From contig ML992504.1 in NCBI GenBank assembly GCA_010093995.1, forward strand, positions 1,268,885-1,332,884: 64,000 nucleotides of DNA, given 5' to 3'. A model generated the notes under the pieces. The model searched no databases, was not told where the DNA came from, and saw only the letters and a program-made list of their open reading frames with translations. The position numbers and the translations under genes were made by a program. Each line of letters begins with the position of its first letter. The stretch's first letter is position 1. The DNA comes from Elsinoe ampelina (lineage: Eukaryota). Of the stretch, positions 35,510 through 46,930 are shown one piece after another.

Positions 35510-36355
35510 TCAGACCACATTCGCATAGATCGAACTAATCCGCCTCTCACATTTCCCACACGTCTCCCCCTCACCAGGATGCCCCCGATCATAAAGAAAG
35601 AAAATATCCTTATCCTGCGGAATCAACGTAAACTCACACCACATCCTCACCCCCTCATCATCAAAGTCCTCCTCCCTCTCCTCCGCCTTGAACAAGTCCG
35701 TCATCCCAGACGGAGCCCTCATCATATTGTTAGTCCACTTGGCGATATGCCCCCACGTCAGCGGCCCCTCGTAGTTGACCAGCACGACTTCCTTGTTGGC
35801 AAAGCGGCGTTCCCGATTCGCTCTCACGAAGAGGAACTTGATCAGATTCGTCGGTGGTTGAGTGATGTACATCTTCGTCCAGGAAGGTTGGGATGGTGCC
35901 TCGCGGAGCATAGCGAGGAAGCGCTCATCGCCGCCTGTGAGGGTGAGTTCCCGGAAGGTTTTGGGCTTGTCGTGCTTGACGCGGAGGCGCGGGCAGGTGG
36001 TGTAGTCTTGGTCGATGAGGAGTGGGTTGGTCAGGTAGCCGAATTTGGGTTTGGTGTCGTCCAGGGTTTCGGGTGGGTGGACTGGTGAGGCGTAACATGC
36101 AGAGGTGTACTGCTCGGAGATGTCTTCATTTTCTGTATCGTGTACGAAGAGTGGTATGGGAGGTAGTGCACTTGGACGCATGAATAGATTTCTCTGTAAC
36201 CTGGCTGAGGAGTCGATGAGGCGCTTCCAATCGGATGAGACTCGCATGCATCGGAGGAGGTCCTGCATGGGTAAGAGGTAGAGCACATTTTCGATCAGAT
36301 ATGGGTTAGCGAAGAATGTCGCTGCGACAGCACTGGTCATTAAGTCTGCCATCAT
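35510..36355 (-). CDS. F-box protein (local family copy B)
   Basis: FFANPYLIENVLYLLPMQDLLRCMRVSSDWKRLIDSSARLQRNLF. Confidence 0.88.
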   Translation of the reverse strand: MMADLMTSAVAATFFANPYLIENVLYLLPMQDLLRCMRVSSDWKRLIDSSARLQRNLFMRPSALPPIPLFVHDTENEDISEQYTSACYASPVHPPETLDDTKPKFGYLTNPLLIDQDYTTCPRLRVKHDKPKTFRELTLTGGDERFLAMLREAPSQPSWTKMYITQPPTNLIKFLFVRANRERRFANKEVVLVNYEGPLTWGHIAKWTNNMMRAPSGMTDLFKAEEREEDFDDEGVRMWCEFTLIPQDKDIFFLYDRGHPGEGETCGKCERRISSIYANVV

Positions 36356-36615
36356 TCTTCAGTGTTCCAGTGAAATGGGAAGAAAGAAACAGAGTCAGAG
36401 TTAGAGGAGAAGAGGGATCCATGTTGCGTGTTCTTTCAGGTTTGTCGTCAGGCATCCGGCTTCCTGCAGCTGCTGAGGATTTGCTGCGCCACATCATCGG
36501 CATCACAAGTGGCTGTGTAAAGAGGTGTCACGAACAAGCAGTGTACCGCTCTTCACATGCCAATTAGCAATCGTCACTAAAGACGAACAATTCATACATG
36601 TGACAGTCATGGGTA

Positions 36616-39513
36616 TCATGTCCTCCATCCCTGCACCAGCCCATGCAAGCGATCAATAACCACCGGTCCCCACGCCTCCAAACTCCTGCTAATCAGATTA
36701 TCAAAGAATGCTATTGCCTCATCCTCACTGACACCAAGACAGAATCTTTCCTCTACCTTCTTCACAGCCTGATCACCCCAAAATCTGATGTCCGGGATAT
36801 TCGCATCCTGCATCAATGCAAACAAGTTCAGAATCAAGTTACTCGACCTCCTCAAGGTCGTGAATGCTGTGAAACAGTATTGCTTGAAGCTCAAGAACTG
36901 ACTCTCCGGGTTCTTGTCGAGTGACATGCCGCCCATACCGTCAATCATTTCGTGCGAGAGCTTCATGCTGGGCGCAAGAGGTTTCGGGTCGCGACCAAGA
37001 ATGTAGCCAAAGTCGGCGTGGAAGAAGTGACCATCTGGAGCCAGGAGAAGATTGTCCATGTGCCGATCGCCCACGCCGAGAAGGTAGGTGATGACGCAGT
37101 AGCCGGCACAGGACTTTACGTACGTCTCCATGGCTTCGCGGCGGACTCCCAAGATCGATGGGGAGTTGGCGCCTGCAGGTGTGGCCGGGGAAATGGAGGG
37201 CGCGGGGTTGTTCTTGCGAAGGTATTCGAGGATGGACGCCTTGTATTTGCTGCTGCTCAGGATGGAAGAGAGAGGGGCGGAAGGGACGAATTGAACTGCA
37301 CCGGCAACGGCTCCAGTCGCAAGGATGCGATACGGGGAGAGTTGAAGATTGAGATTCTCTTTCAGGAGAAGCTTGTCCATCAGAGAGATGATCTGGATGA
37401 CAAGCTGATCTTGTCGTAAGTTGTCGCCAGATTTGAAGATCAGTGGGTATTTCTCTCCACTTGCTGTTTTGTAGTTGACCATGAGCGGCGATAGAGATGA
37501 CTTGAAAACGCTACTGTCCTCAGGGAAGCACCCACTGATTTGAATGCTGGGGTCGAGCGGTAGTGGCAATGGTGGCTCAATCTTGACCATATCATTCTTC
37601 GGATCCCCAAGAGCCTTCTTGAGCTTTTCAATCTTGCGCTGCCGATCTTCTCGGGACGAGCGAGCATCTTCCGACAGCTTTGCAAGTACTGTGATGAATT
37701 CACCTTGCCGCAAAAGTAGCTTGCGTCGAGCCTGTCCTTCCGGAGTCTTCTCCAGTTCCTGCATAAAGTCGTAAGATACTCTTGCGTACAGCTTGCGGTA
37801 TCGCTTGGCTTGTGGATCCTGATCGGTCTTGTCATCCAGCTCGACCATGAGATACCAGTGAAGGTAGTTCCCAAGGTTGAAGTTCTGTGCTGATCTGGCG
37901 ACCAGGAAGCCAGCCAGTGATGAGTCGGCATGTGTTGCCGTTTCGTCCGCTTTTGCATCTGGCTCGAATTTCAGAGCCTGCACCAGCTGCAGCAGATAGA
38001 GAAGAAGCTCCTCATCGTCCGCCTTACGAAGTCGGTCGACAGCGTACGTCCGCACGTCTCTATTGTCAAATTGCGGCCCAAGGAGTTCTAGAGCATCGTC
38101 GATATCGATCTCCTCCCACTTTGGTAGCAGTTGAGAGACTTGTCGGACTTCATTTGCGTCGTTCCACGCAACTGACTTTACCAGCTTGGTAAGTGCTCTC
38201 TTGTCTCTTGTCAAATGATGGCGGAACTTCCAGACCAGATCACGTTCTTCGCCACTGAGCTCCTTGGTCGGTCCATAGGACAGGATGACATTCAGTCGAT
38301 CTCGAACGCGTGGGTTTGGCTTGAGATGTTTGTCAAGCATACCAGTCCTCTGACCACGTACCAGCGCTCTGTGCTTGACTTCAGCAGGATTGTCATTGAA
38401 GCCAACCTCTGGGTCATATATTCGTATCAGAGTTCCACTCTCCGCATCGCCATATGCCGGATTCTTGGTATCAACGCCGGGACCTGGCTGCACTTCTGGA
38501 GGTGGTCTGAGTCGAACCTCACCTGCTTGGCTCGTCCTTTGTCTAGCGCTTGAGATGGGAGGTGGTGGATATTCGTGGTCCGTGAAAACAACGGGATGAT
38601 CGAAGCGTGGGAATTCGACGTGAAGGTAAAACAGACCCTGTCGATCATCATCCTCATCATCGGAGTGTCCGTTGGTCTCGCTGCCGTTCGTGTCGTTTCG
38701 CAGTTTTGGTGCTTGAAGCTTTGTACTGTCCCTCAGATTCGCTCGCTCCATCTTCTCGATCTGCCTGAATACCATCTGATCTAGCCATTTGTTCTCCTGT
38801 ATTTCACCCATCTCATGCTTCTTCAGCAGGCCCTGCAATCTCTCAAGTTCGGCTTCTCTCCGCGAGTGCTTGTCGTCCAGATACACCTTTGGTTCTTCCT
38901 GGCCGCGTCGTAACTTTGGTGTCTCCCAAGGGGTGGTCGTACTGCTATATCCATCCGCCATCTTGTGCCTCCAGACCTTGCATTTTTGCCTACCTTTGCG
39001 CAAAGCTCCTTCTTCATCGAACAGAGGTATCGTTGTGCCACCAAATGGTATATGATGTCCACGCGCGCCGTCCGGTCCGACGGGTGACAAGTCCCATACT
39101 GTGATAGCAAGCTGTGCGTTGGATGGTAGAAGCGCATAGTCCATGGGCATTTGCAGCCATTCGTTCCATGCTCGGGTAGATTTGAAGTGTTTGTATGGTG
39201 TTTGGGAGTGGACTGTCAGAGGCTTGCTATCTGCGAACAGCTGCGCAGTCACATAGAGCTCGAATGTGGGACTGAGACCATTCAGAAAGTGCTGGAAGAG
39301 AGTATCGCTCCGCCTTACCTCAAGTTCGACCCGCGATGGCGCAGATCTGATCGGCGCAGGAGTTTCGAGTACGGCAGCGGTCTCTCATACCCTTCCAGCC
39401 GTCCGCTACAAGAATCTTAGCAAGATCTAGCGGCCAGATTGTGGCAGTACTCACATCTTAACACTCACAGGCAGCTTCAGCTCCGAAGAGCTCGCAAAGG
39501 TGAAGGTATCCAT
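36616..39513 (-). CDS. VPS34: Phosphatidylinositol 3-kinase Vps34; 3 exons
   Basis: MDTFTFASS start, C2 domain, helical domain LLYLLQLVQAL, kinase motifs IFKSGDNLRQD, GDRHMDN and HADFG, terminal QGWRT. Confidence 0.97.
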
Positions 39514-39987
39514 GGAGGAACCTCACAATTGCATACTATCGTTTATCGAGCATTTCCGTTGTTATAGAGAAGTATTAGTATTCACAATTCGAGCATGTGA
39601 TATGTAGTCCTGCCGTCGTTCATGTGAGATCCCGGCGGGGTGGTTCTCAAAGATCTGCTTAGTCAGCCACATCCTCTCTCGAGGTCGCGTTGTGACGCGA
39701 TTGGACCCGCGTTATCAAAAGTTCCTGCCTACATCTGCACGGCTATTGCGACCATTGCAAGCATTGTTTGGACTCATCGGACCGGCGTCCTAACTCCAAA
39801 ATCATACCGTCGCGTCAATCGCGGTCTCATTCGACAATCACGTGTCATCTGCGCCTCAGAGTATTCGCGCCTGTATCGATTGGTTCCGCTTCGTCCACCA
39901 ACGCCGCATTACATTACACTGGAGCTGCAGACTATGTCTCAGGATCTCAGGTGAAAGACAGGCAAACAATCTGAGAATCCGCGCGAT

Positions 39988-41576
39988 ATGGCACGACTGA
40001 ATGCTAGACAATCCTCAGCACGACCTGATCGACCGGCACTATCATCCATAAATAATCGCGCAAACACTCCCGCAGGTAGGACCTCCAGAGCTTTCACACC
40101 AGGGTCCGGGTCAGAGAAAGAAAACCCATACCCACGCGTCAACAAGGGCAAGCAACCAATGCCGAACTCGCGCCTTCCGACTCCAAATAGCGCCGAGAAT
40201 GATGCGACGTCGCGAGCAGCAAAGAGGCGGAGAATCAGCAATAATGCGGAGACTCCCACGAGGGGCAGCGATGATGAAGATCTCGAGTCAGTAGAGGAGG
40301 ACTCGCCAACTCCTTCGACTGGGGAGGATCAGGTGGAAGATGTTACGGATTCACTGCAGACCGGCAACACGAGTATTGATGAGGTGGTAGACGACGACGT
40401 AGATGCATCACAGCCAGGACCGAGGTCTGGAAAGTCCGCACGCTTCTACGACCCGAAGCAGGATCCAGCCGAGAGACAATGGGTCAAAGCCGAGCAAAGA
40501 ACGAACGAAAGAGAGTTCATGGGTGCGTACAGCTTTGCGGTGGCCATGGTCTATGCTGATTGAAGACAGAAAACCGCGATCAACACCTGCGCGGAGACAA
40601 CGATGGAATCTGTAAAACCCTCGAAAAGCAGAACAACCTCTTCATCCATGTCAAGCAAACTGCAGACGCAACGACAGATTCTCGACTTTTAGTCAATGTC
40701 TCCGATGTCGCGCATCGCAAATCAGCTCAGTTGGCAATGAGCGATGGCGCAACAGGCATCGACGTGGACGAATTTGTCTCCAAATTCATTTCATATGGGC
40801 AGCGTGGGGCTCGAGAATCTAATAGCATCACTATCTCACAACGGCGACGTATGAACGACGATGGGGAAGAAGATGAAAACATCATCGACTGGGCATATCT
40901 CGGTGCGCGGGCATGTTTCCCATACAATTCTCGCCCACCTGTGCCCGGCTTCCTCCTCGGACCTCTCTCTGTCCAGAAACGCGTTCGCGCACCCACTCAA
41001 CGCCGTGCTCGCCAGCAAGACGACGGTCGAGCAGAAACGCGGCCCGAAGCCTTCGACCGCGACCAGCTGCCCAGCACTGACACTACCACGGTCAGGCACT
41101 TCTGTAGCCAAATCAAAAATAGGCTCATACGCCACTCCGACCGCGCCATTGCTCTCGCGAAGGAGGAAGCGGACGACGCAAGTGTCGGCGAAGAAGAATT
41201 CCCGCGCATCCTTCGAAAACACCGCATCACAGCGGAAGGCGGGCCTTCCCTGTTCGACTTTGCCATAAACCCGCACAGCTTCGGGCAGACGGTGGAGAAT
41301 CTCTTCTACATCTCGTTTTTGATCAAGGAAGGAGAGGTCGAGATCGTGATAGATGACCCTGAAGGTGACGCCCAGCCGGTGCTGCTTAACCGACATCAAG
41401 CGGCGGAGGAGGAGAGCGCGAGAGGCTCGGACCGCACGAAGCATCAGGCGGTTTTCGGCATTGATTATAAGACGTGGCAGGACTTGATCGAGGCGTATAA
41501 TATCAAAGAGAGTCTGATACCGCACCGAGAAGAGGGAGGGCAGACGCAATTGGGAAGGGGAGGGTGGTATACCTGA
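39988..41576 (+). CDS. NSE4: Smc5/6 kleisin Nse4; 2 exons
   Basis: FYDPKQDP, VKQTADATTDSRLLV, FLLGPLS, FAINPHSFGQTVENLFYISFLIKEG, LIPHR...GGWY. Confidence 0.93.
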
Positions 41577-41880
41577 GCTGTTTTTATAGCAGTCTGAGCG
41601 GATTTAGAAGCAAGGCGCAGGCTTGGAGGAGGCTTCATTTCTCGTAGATATGTCATATACCCATCTCCGTGGACAAGAGGGTCGAATGGAACGTTCCAAT
41701 GGCTTGTATGAATAGGTTCACTGCATAGGTCTCGCAGGGATGATGAGATGTACATGTCCCCTATAACCCTGTCCTTCTCTTGTGTATCCCAAACCTCACC
41801 CGAACCCCGAACCACTAACTCCTCGCTTTAACCCAATCCGATCCAAATGCAACCCCCATGCCACCTCCTTCTTCTTTGAT

Positions 41881-43587
41881 CTAATCATACCTCCCACAAG
41901 CCACACTAACCAACTCCCTCCTCCCCCTCGCATCAAGCGTCATCCCCACCAATCTCCCCCCCCTCACACACCCCCCATCCAACCCCACGCTCCACCTCTC
42001 CACCCTCACCCCATCCTTGGAATTATGCCCATACACGACCGTACTCGGCTTCTCCTCCCTCCTCACCTCGTCGAATTCCCGCTCAACCTGCACCCTCTCC
42101 TCATCCGAGAACCCAGCCCCTACCACCCGGCCTTTACCCCCGCGAGACAGCAAAGGGGAAGCATCAGCGGAGGGCTGGTCGATACCGAACCACCCCTCCA
42201 CCCTCCTCCCCCAGCCCGCCAGCCCCACGGCGTTGAGCACCTCCACCACCCCCCGCGCGTCGATGGTGAATTTCCACTCCGGCCCAGCGGGGAGGAGGCG
42301 ATAGACTTCGTGCCCCGTCTGCTCCCTCCTGTGCCCCTTGCCCCCGTCTCCGTCGGCCAAATCAGCCACCCTCGGCTTCCGCACCCCCTTCGCGAGCCGG
42401 CGTTGGTACCAGTTCCACGCGCGCGTCCAGCGGACGACTTTCTCCCTCGCCGCGCCGGGGTGGTGGGGCTTGGGTCGGCGGGGGAATGGCACGTGGGTCG
42501 AGGGGGAGAGGAAGCGCATTGTTGTTAGGGCGAGGGGGTCTTGGCGGGAGAGGGGCAGGGCGGGGATGAGGCCCGCGTGAACGACGTGGAGGCCGCCTGG
42601 GGAGCGCAGGTGGGGGAGGCGGATGCGGTGGGAGGTTGTGGTTAGGTTTGAGAAGAGGGGGGAGGGGGGAAGGGACGGGGAGAAGAGGGTGGAAGGGGAG
42701 GAGAGAGGGGGGAGGGTGAGGATTAGTGGGAGGGAGGAGAGGTAGCGGATGTGGTGCGGTTTGAGGTGGAGTTGGTGCTGGAGGGAGGTGGGGGCGATGT
42801 CGCGGCGTGCGTGGGAGTGGGGGACTTGGGAGGGGGAGATGCCGTTGGGGGCGATGACGGTGTGGAGGGTTGGGTCGTACTTTGGCTTGTTGATGGTGCG
42901 GAGGTCGGAGGAGGAAATGCTGGCGCGGGTCGAGGTGAGAAGGCGATCTTCCCAGTTGCCACGCACACCGGATGCGTTGAGAGAGATGAGTTTGTCAATT
43001 ACACCAGCCGAGTGTGGGCCTTTGGCGATGACATCGCCTGTGTGGATGATGTGGTCTCGCGAGGGATGGAAGTGTAGTGCATCAAGCAGCTTGTTGAATT
43101 CCTTCAGACAGCCATGGATGTCGCCAATGAAGATGAGGCGTTTGTCACGCTTGGTATCTGCGGGTCCTCCTGGTAGTACGTCTGGATTGATGTGGCCGAC
43201 CTGCGTAACTCCTTTCAGGTAAGTGGGCGCCTGATTGCCATAGCCGGCATATGCTTTGTCCAGACCTGGACGAAAGAGTCGATCTTCTTCTATCCAAGGA
43301 AGGACGGAGCTGTGATAGACATGTCGTACAAGAAAGTACAGAAGTACAAGGACGAAAAGAATTCTCCTCAGCCACTTTGTCCTACTCCATATGCGTCGGA
43401 ATGTCCGGCGAGGTGAGATGGTCTCGAGGTTACACACAGTCGGGTACTGTGCGTCTTCGTCATCTGAGGCGTATGGGGATTTCTCGTCTTCCCATGCATT
43501 AGTGACTCTGCTAATCAGCGGCTCCGATGCTTCCGGCTCGTGGCGGGCGTCTGATTCGCTATGGATCCTGTGACGGTGGTACCTCAT
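41881..43587 (-). CDS. Membrane-anchored calcineurin-like metallophosphoesterase (ApaH/PPN2-like)
   Basis: N-terminal TM helix. Motifs IGDIHGC, GDVIAKGP, RGNWE, VHAG, YGHN and LDGGC. Confidence 0.85.
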   Translation of the reverse strand: MRYHRHRIHSESDARHEPEASEPLISRVTNAWEDEKSPYASDDEDAQYPTVCNLETISPRRTFRRIWSRTKWLRRILFVLVLLYFLVRHVYHSSVLPWIEEDRLFRPGLDKAYAGYGNQAPTYLKGVTQVGHINPDVLPGGPADTKRDKRLIFIGDIHGCLKEFNKLLDALHFHPSRDHIIHTGDVIAKGPHSAGVIDKLISLNASGVRGNWEDRLLTSTRASISSSDLRTINKPKYDPTLHTVIAPNGISPSQVPHSHARRDIAPTSLQHQLHLKPHHIRYLSSLPLILTLPPLSSPSTLFSPSLPPSPLFSNLTTTSHRIRLPHLRSPGGLHVVHAGLIPALPLSRQDPLALTTMRFLSPSTHVPFPRRPKPHHPGAAREKVVRWTRAWNWYQRRLAKGVRKPRVADLADGDGGKGHRREQTGHEVYRLLPAGPEWKFTIDARGVVEVLNAVGLAGWGRRVEGWFGIDQPSADASPLLSRGGKGRVVGAGFSDEERVQVEREFDEVRREEKPSTVVYGHNSKDGVRVERWSVGLDGGCVRGGRLVGMTLDARGRRELVSVACGRYD

Positions 43588-44198
43588 GTTATCGAGAATG
43601 GCCGAGAAGGATCCAACACTTCTCGCGTAAATCGATATCCCAGCTGTGGGTCAGAATAGCGAATGCTCAGGAAGACATGATCAGGACAAGCGAATGTGCA
43701 TGGCAAGGGAACGTGTTTGTTGATGAGTCGTCCGCCTTGCCCGTGGTGAACCCCGGTTGTGACTTGCCGGAGCCGCGTGTCGTTGTTTCAAGGCGTTAGG
43801 TTTTGTCGGTCGATTTGACCAAGGCTTCTCTGACGTGGACAAATACCGTTGGAAACTATCTTTGCTAGTCGATGAGCAAGGGACGGACGACTTGTTGGAA
43901 ATGGTAACTAATAATGATTTGCGAGTGGGGACATGGAAAGCAAAGCACCGGCAGGACAACCAGCTCAGGGCTGTGGAGCACGTCAAAGATCCACTTCTTT
44001 TCATCAATATTTGCAGCAATGCAATGCACGAATACGAGTCTCGACATGACGTGGATGTCGTTCGCTTGACGGCTTCTCACGGCTCAGCATAACCGAGAAA
44101 CGTGCTATGATATTATCATACGTCTTGATTGGACTTTATTCTATCTGACCCCAAACTCCACGCTAAGTAACCGACAATCACGCCCTGCCTTTCCTTCA

Positions 44199-45680
44199 TC
44201 AAGTCTGCAATTCGGAGAAGATGTAAGGAAAGATGACCACACATGCCTTCCAAAAAATGCCGAGACTACCGAAAAGCTTGAACGGTACAAGGAAGACGGG
44301 TGAGGACGATATATAAATCCATATCGAGTAGAGCGCAACGGCGAAGAAGTGGTAGAACAGCACAAATGGCTGCCGAATGATACCTGCCAGTAAACCGACA
44401 GGGCCGTCGATGCATTGTCCACCCATCTGAAAGTACCTGAAGCAGCCCATTTGAAGTGCCTTCAGCTGTGCATCATCGGCTGCAAAGAGCGAGTACAATG
44501 CTTGCGCTAGAATGTTGATGACGCTGGTGAGATCTTTGCGCTGCCAGTGGAATCGCTTCATCTGCTTGAGCACCAAGTCTGTGTCCTCCAATCTTGGGAC
44601 TTGTGTTGGGTGGAGCAACTCGGACAGCAGTACCGCGTCGTTCAAGGCGACGGTCATGCCTCCTCCAGTCAGAGGATGCCGCATGTTCATGGCGTCTCCG
44701 AGAATGACCATACCTGGTGTGCGGTTCACCGAAGGGGGTAGCCAAGAATTTGGCATTGACCTGAGCCTGTCCTTGTCCAGTGCAGCCTCAAAGGATGGTC
44801 TGACCCTCTTTGGCAAGCTTGGTAGCACAACATTCCGAAGGTGACCTTTCACGCCTCCGTTCTTCACCGATGCTGTTGGCAAACCTTCTGGAATATCGAC
44901 CAGTGCTCGTGTCTCGTGTGTGCCAATCTGGTAGAGAAGGACGGGCGTGCCTTCGCCAAGGATGACATGTCCATGGTTTGGCATAGGTAGGTCGGCGTCG
45001 ATGAGCTCCAGTCCCCAGAACTTTGACTTGACGACGGGCGTCTTATCAATGAATTCTTTCCTGAACTTGCTGGCGTACCCATCGGCAACGACTGTGAGGT
45101 GGCCGAAAAAGTAGTCCTTCTCGCCCTTTGTAGTCGCCTCGACTCCGAGAATTTGTCCGTTGTGTTGACTTCTGACGACGTCGGTCGCCGTAGTCTCGAA
45201 AATGGTAATGTTTGGTGTGGTCATAGCCTTTTGACGAAGCCTTGATATAAATCTGCCATGGTGGAATGAGCGGCCCTCGGGTCTCTTGCGCTTCAGACTC
45301 TTCTCTGATCTGAGATCACTTGCTGTCTCGAGGTTTTCTGGGTACTGGATCTGAACCTCCTCTCCGTAGTAGATGACGTCGTACCCTTCAACAGGGATGG
45401 CATCGATTCCGTCAAGACACTCTCGCATGCCTAGCTTCTCGAGGGCTGCGCATCCCCCTGGTTGTAACAATTCTCCAACTATCCGATCCGGCTCTTTCAG
45501 TGATTTCTCTAGTAGTATTACGCTGCGTCCTTGATCTGCGAGCGCGACGGCAACGGCGCAGCCAAAGACTCCAGCTCCAACCACCACAACATCACCTTCG
45601 TGATGTATGCGTCGACGCTCTTCCTGTTCGTCCCTTTCCTGCGCCGGAGAGGCTGGTGGAGAATCTAATATCATGGGCAT
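44199..45680 (-). CDS. ERG1: Squalene epoxidase, intronless
   Basis: GAGVFG, PDRIVGELLQPGG, FHHGRF, GDAMNMRHPLTGGGMTV, INILAQALYSLF. Confidence 0.97.
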   Translation of the reverse strand: MPMILDSPPASPAQERDEQEERRRIHHEGDVVVVGAGVFGCAVAVALADQGRSVILLEKSLKEPDRIVGELLQPGGCAALEKLGMRECLDGIDAIPVEGYDVIYYGEEVQIQYPENLETASDLRSEKSLKRKRPEGRSFHHGRFISRLRQKAMTTPNITIFETTATDVVRSQHNGQILGVEATTKGEKDYFFGHLTVVADGYASKFRKEFIDKTPVVKSKFWGLELIDADLPMPNHGHVILGEGTPVLLYQIGTHETRALVDIPEGLPTASVKNGGVKGHLRNVVLPSLPKRVRPSFEAALDKDRLRSMPNSWLPPSVNRTPGMVILGDAMNMRHPLTGGGMTVALNDAVLLSELLHPTQVPRLEDTDLVLKQMKRFHWQRKDLTSVINILAQALYSLFAADDAQLKALQMGCFRYFQMGGQCIDGPVGLLAGIIRQPFVLFYHFFAVALYSIWIYISSSPVFLVPFKLFGSLGIFWKACVVIFPYIFSELQT

Positions 45681-46024
45681 GTTGTACTGTCGTAATTATG
45701 GTTGTGCTTAGTGTATCGTGAGTGAAGTAGACACAACTCAAATCGTCATTGTTTCTTTGGCGGCCAGACGAAAATGTCCGAACGATGAGGTGGTACGACA
45801 TTGGTCGATCGAGCAGATTAGTTTCAGGGTCCACTAAAGTCGGCCCAGATCGAAGTGTGGCGTATCTCAAGCCACAAACGCCACGATTTTGGCACATGTC
45901 ACGATGTCAAAGCCATGATGTTCATTTTTCCGTTGCTATCTACCAACACTCTTGTTCGATTAGCATTGGCATCATCCCACTCATTCGGAACACCTCTCAT
46001 CCGATCTTGGTGCGTCATGTGCAG

Positions 46025-46930
46025 ATGAGGGGTCCGCTTGGAGGCGCTGGCCAGACCACACGTCTAGCTCACATATCGAGACAGATTCTAGCCCCTAGGC
46101 ACTTCAGCATGGCGGCATCATTATCGAATGCAAAGGTCCTCAAGCAGGAGCCACTGGTAGGTACACTGGAGTTATCTCCCCTCTGTGGCGTACACGACGA
46201 TCTGATTCGAGACCACTACAGAAGGACGACGAAGCGAAATGGGTCAGGCTGGTCAAGTGGGTGCCCGCTTTCTCGACGCCACCATCGTCCGCTAATGCAA
46301 GCCGACAGGACTACATACAATTCGGCCGATAATAAGACGAGAGATTGGGAGTCAGCGGAGCGGAGGACACGTCCGGAGGGAAGTCTAATCGACGGTGTCG
46401 GAATCGTGGCAATCCTTGAAAAGGCCAACGGACCAGAGATCCTGCTGCAGAAGCAATACCGTCCGCCCATCGACAAAGTTGTGATCGAAGTCCCAGCAGG
46501 TCTGGTTGACGCGGGCGAGACGGCAGAGACATGCGCAGTGAGGGAGTTGCTGGAGGAGACGGGGTACCATGGCAAGCCGATGGAAGGCGGGCTCAGCAAA
46601 ACCCCAATCATGTTTAACGGTGAGTTCATTAAGCGCATCGTGACTTGCATTAGCTGCGTGATGAATGCAGGCTTACCTCCATGGGCAGATCCGGGCTTCT
46701 GCAATACCAACCTGAACATGGTACATGTCACTGTCGACATGAGCGATCCTCGCAACCAGAACCCGCAGCCACAGACGGAGGAGAATGAATTCATCGAGTG
46801 CTTTACGATTCCGCTAGCACGACTCTATGAAGAGTGCGGCAAGTTGGAGAGCCAGGGGTACGCGATTGATGCACGCGTCGGTACACTTGCAGAGGGGATC
46901 GAGGTTGCGAAGAAGTGGAAGATCCAGTAG
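46025..46930 (+). CDS. YSA1: Nudix ADP-ribose pyrophosphatase (Ysa1/NUDT5-like); 4 exons; second in-frame ATG at 46109
   Basis: EAKWVRLVK|TTY, QYRPP, Nudix box AGLVDAGETAETCAVRELLEETG, DPGFCN, IDARV. Confidence 0.88.
   Translation: MRGPLGGAGQTTRLAHISRQILAPRHFSMAASLSNAKVLKQEPLVGTLELSPLCGVHDDLIRDHYRRTTKRNGSGWSSGCPLSRRHHRPLMQADRTTYNSADNKTRDWESAERRTRPEGSLIDGVGIVAILEKANGPEILLQKQYRPPIDKVVIEVPAGLVDAGETAETCAVRELLEETGYHGKPMEGGLSKTPIMFNGEFIKRIVTCISCVMNAGLPPWADPGFCNTNLNMVHVTVDMSDPRNQNPQPQTEENEFIECFTIPLARLYEECGKLESQGYAIDARVGTLAEGIEVAKKWKIQ

Noticed and set aside
37411..37440. Vps34 GDNLRQD instead of the usual GDDLRQD
   Set aside because: A single conservative change. The catalytic Lys, DRH and DFG are intact, so there is no basis for loss of function.
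44340..44510. Allylamine-resistance substitutions in ERG1
   Set aside because: The relevant motifs (ALYSLF, GCFRYF, FYHFF) look wild-type.
45749..46930. 393-aa ORF as a single-exon protein
   Set aside because: It reads through three introns. The spliced model restores EAKWVRLVKTTY and the normal Nudix layout.
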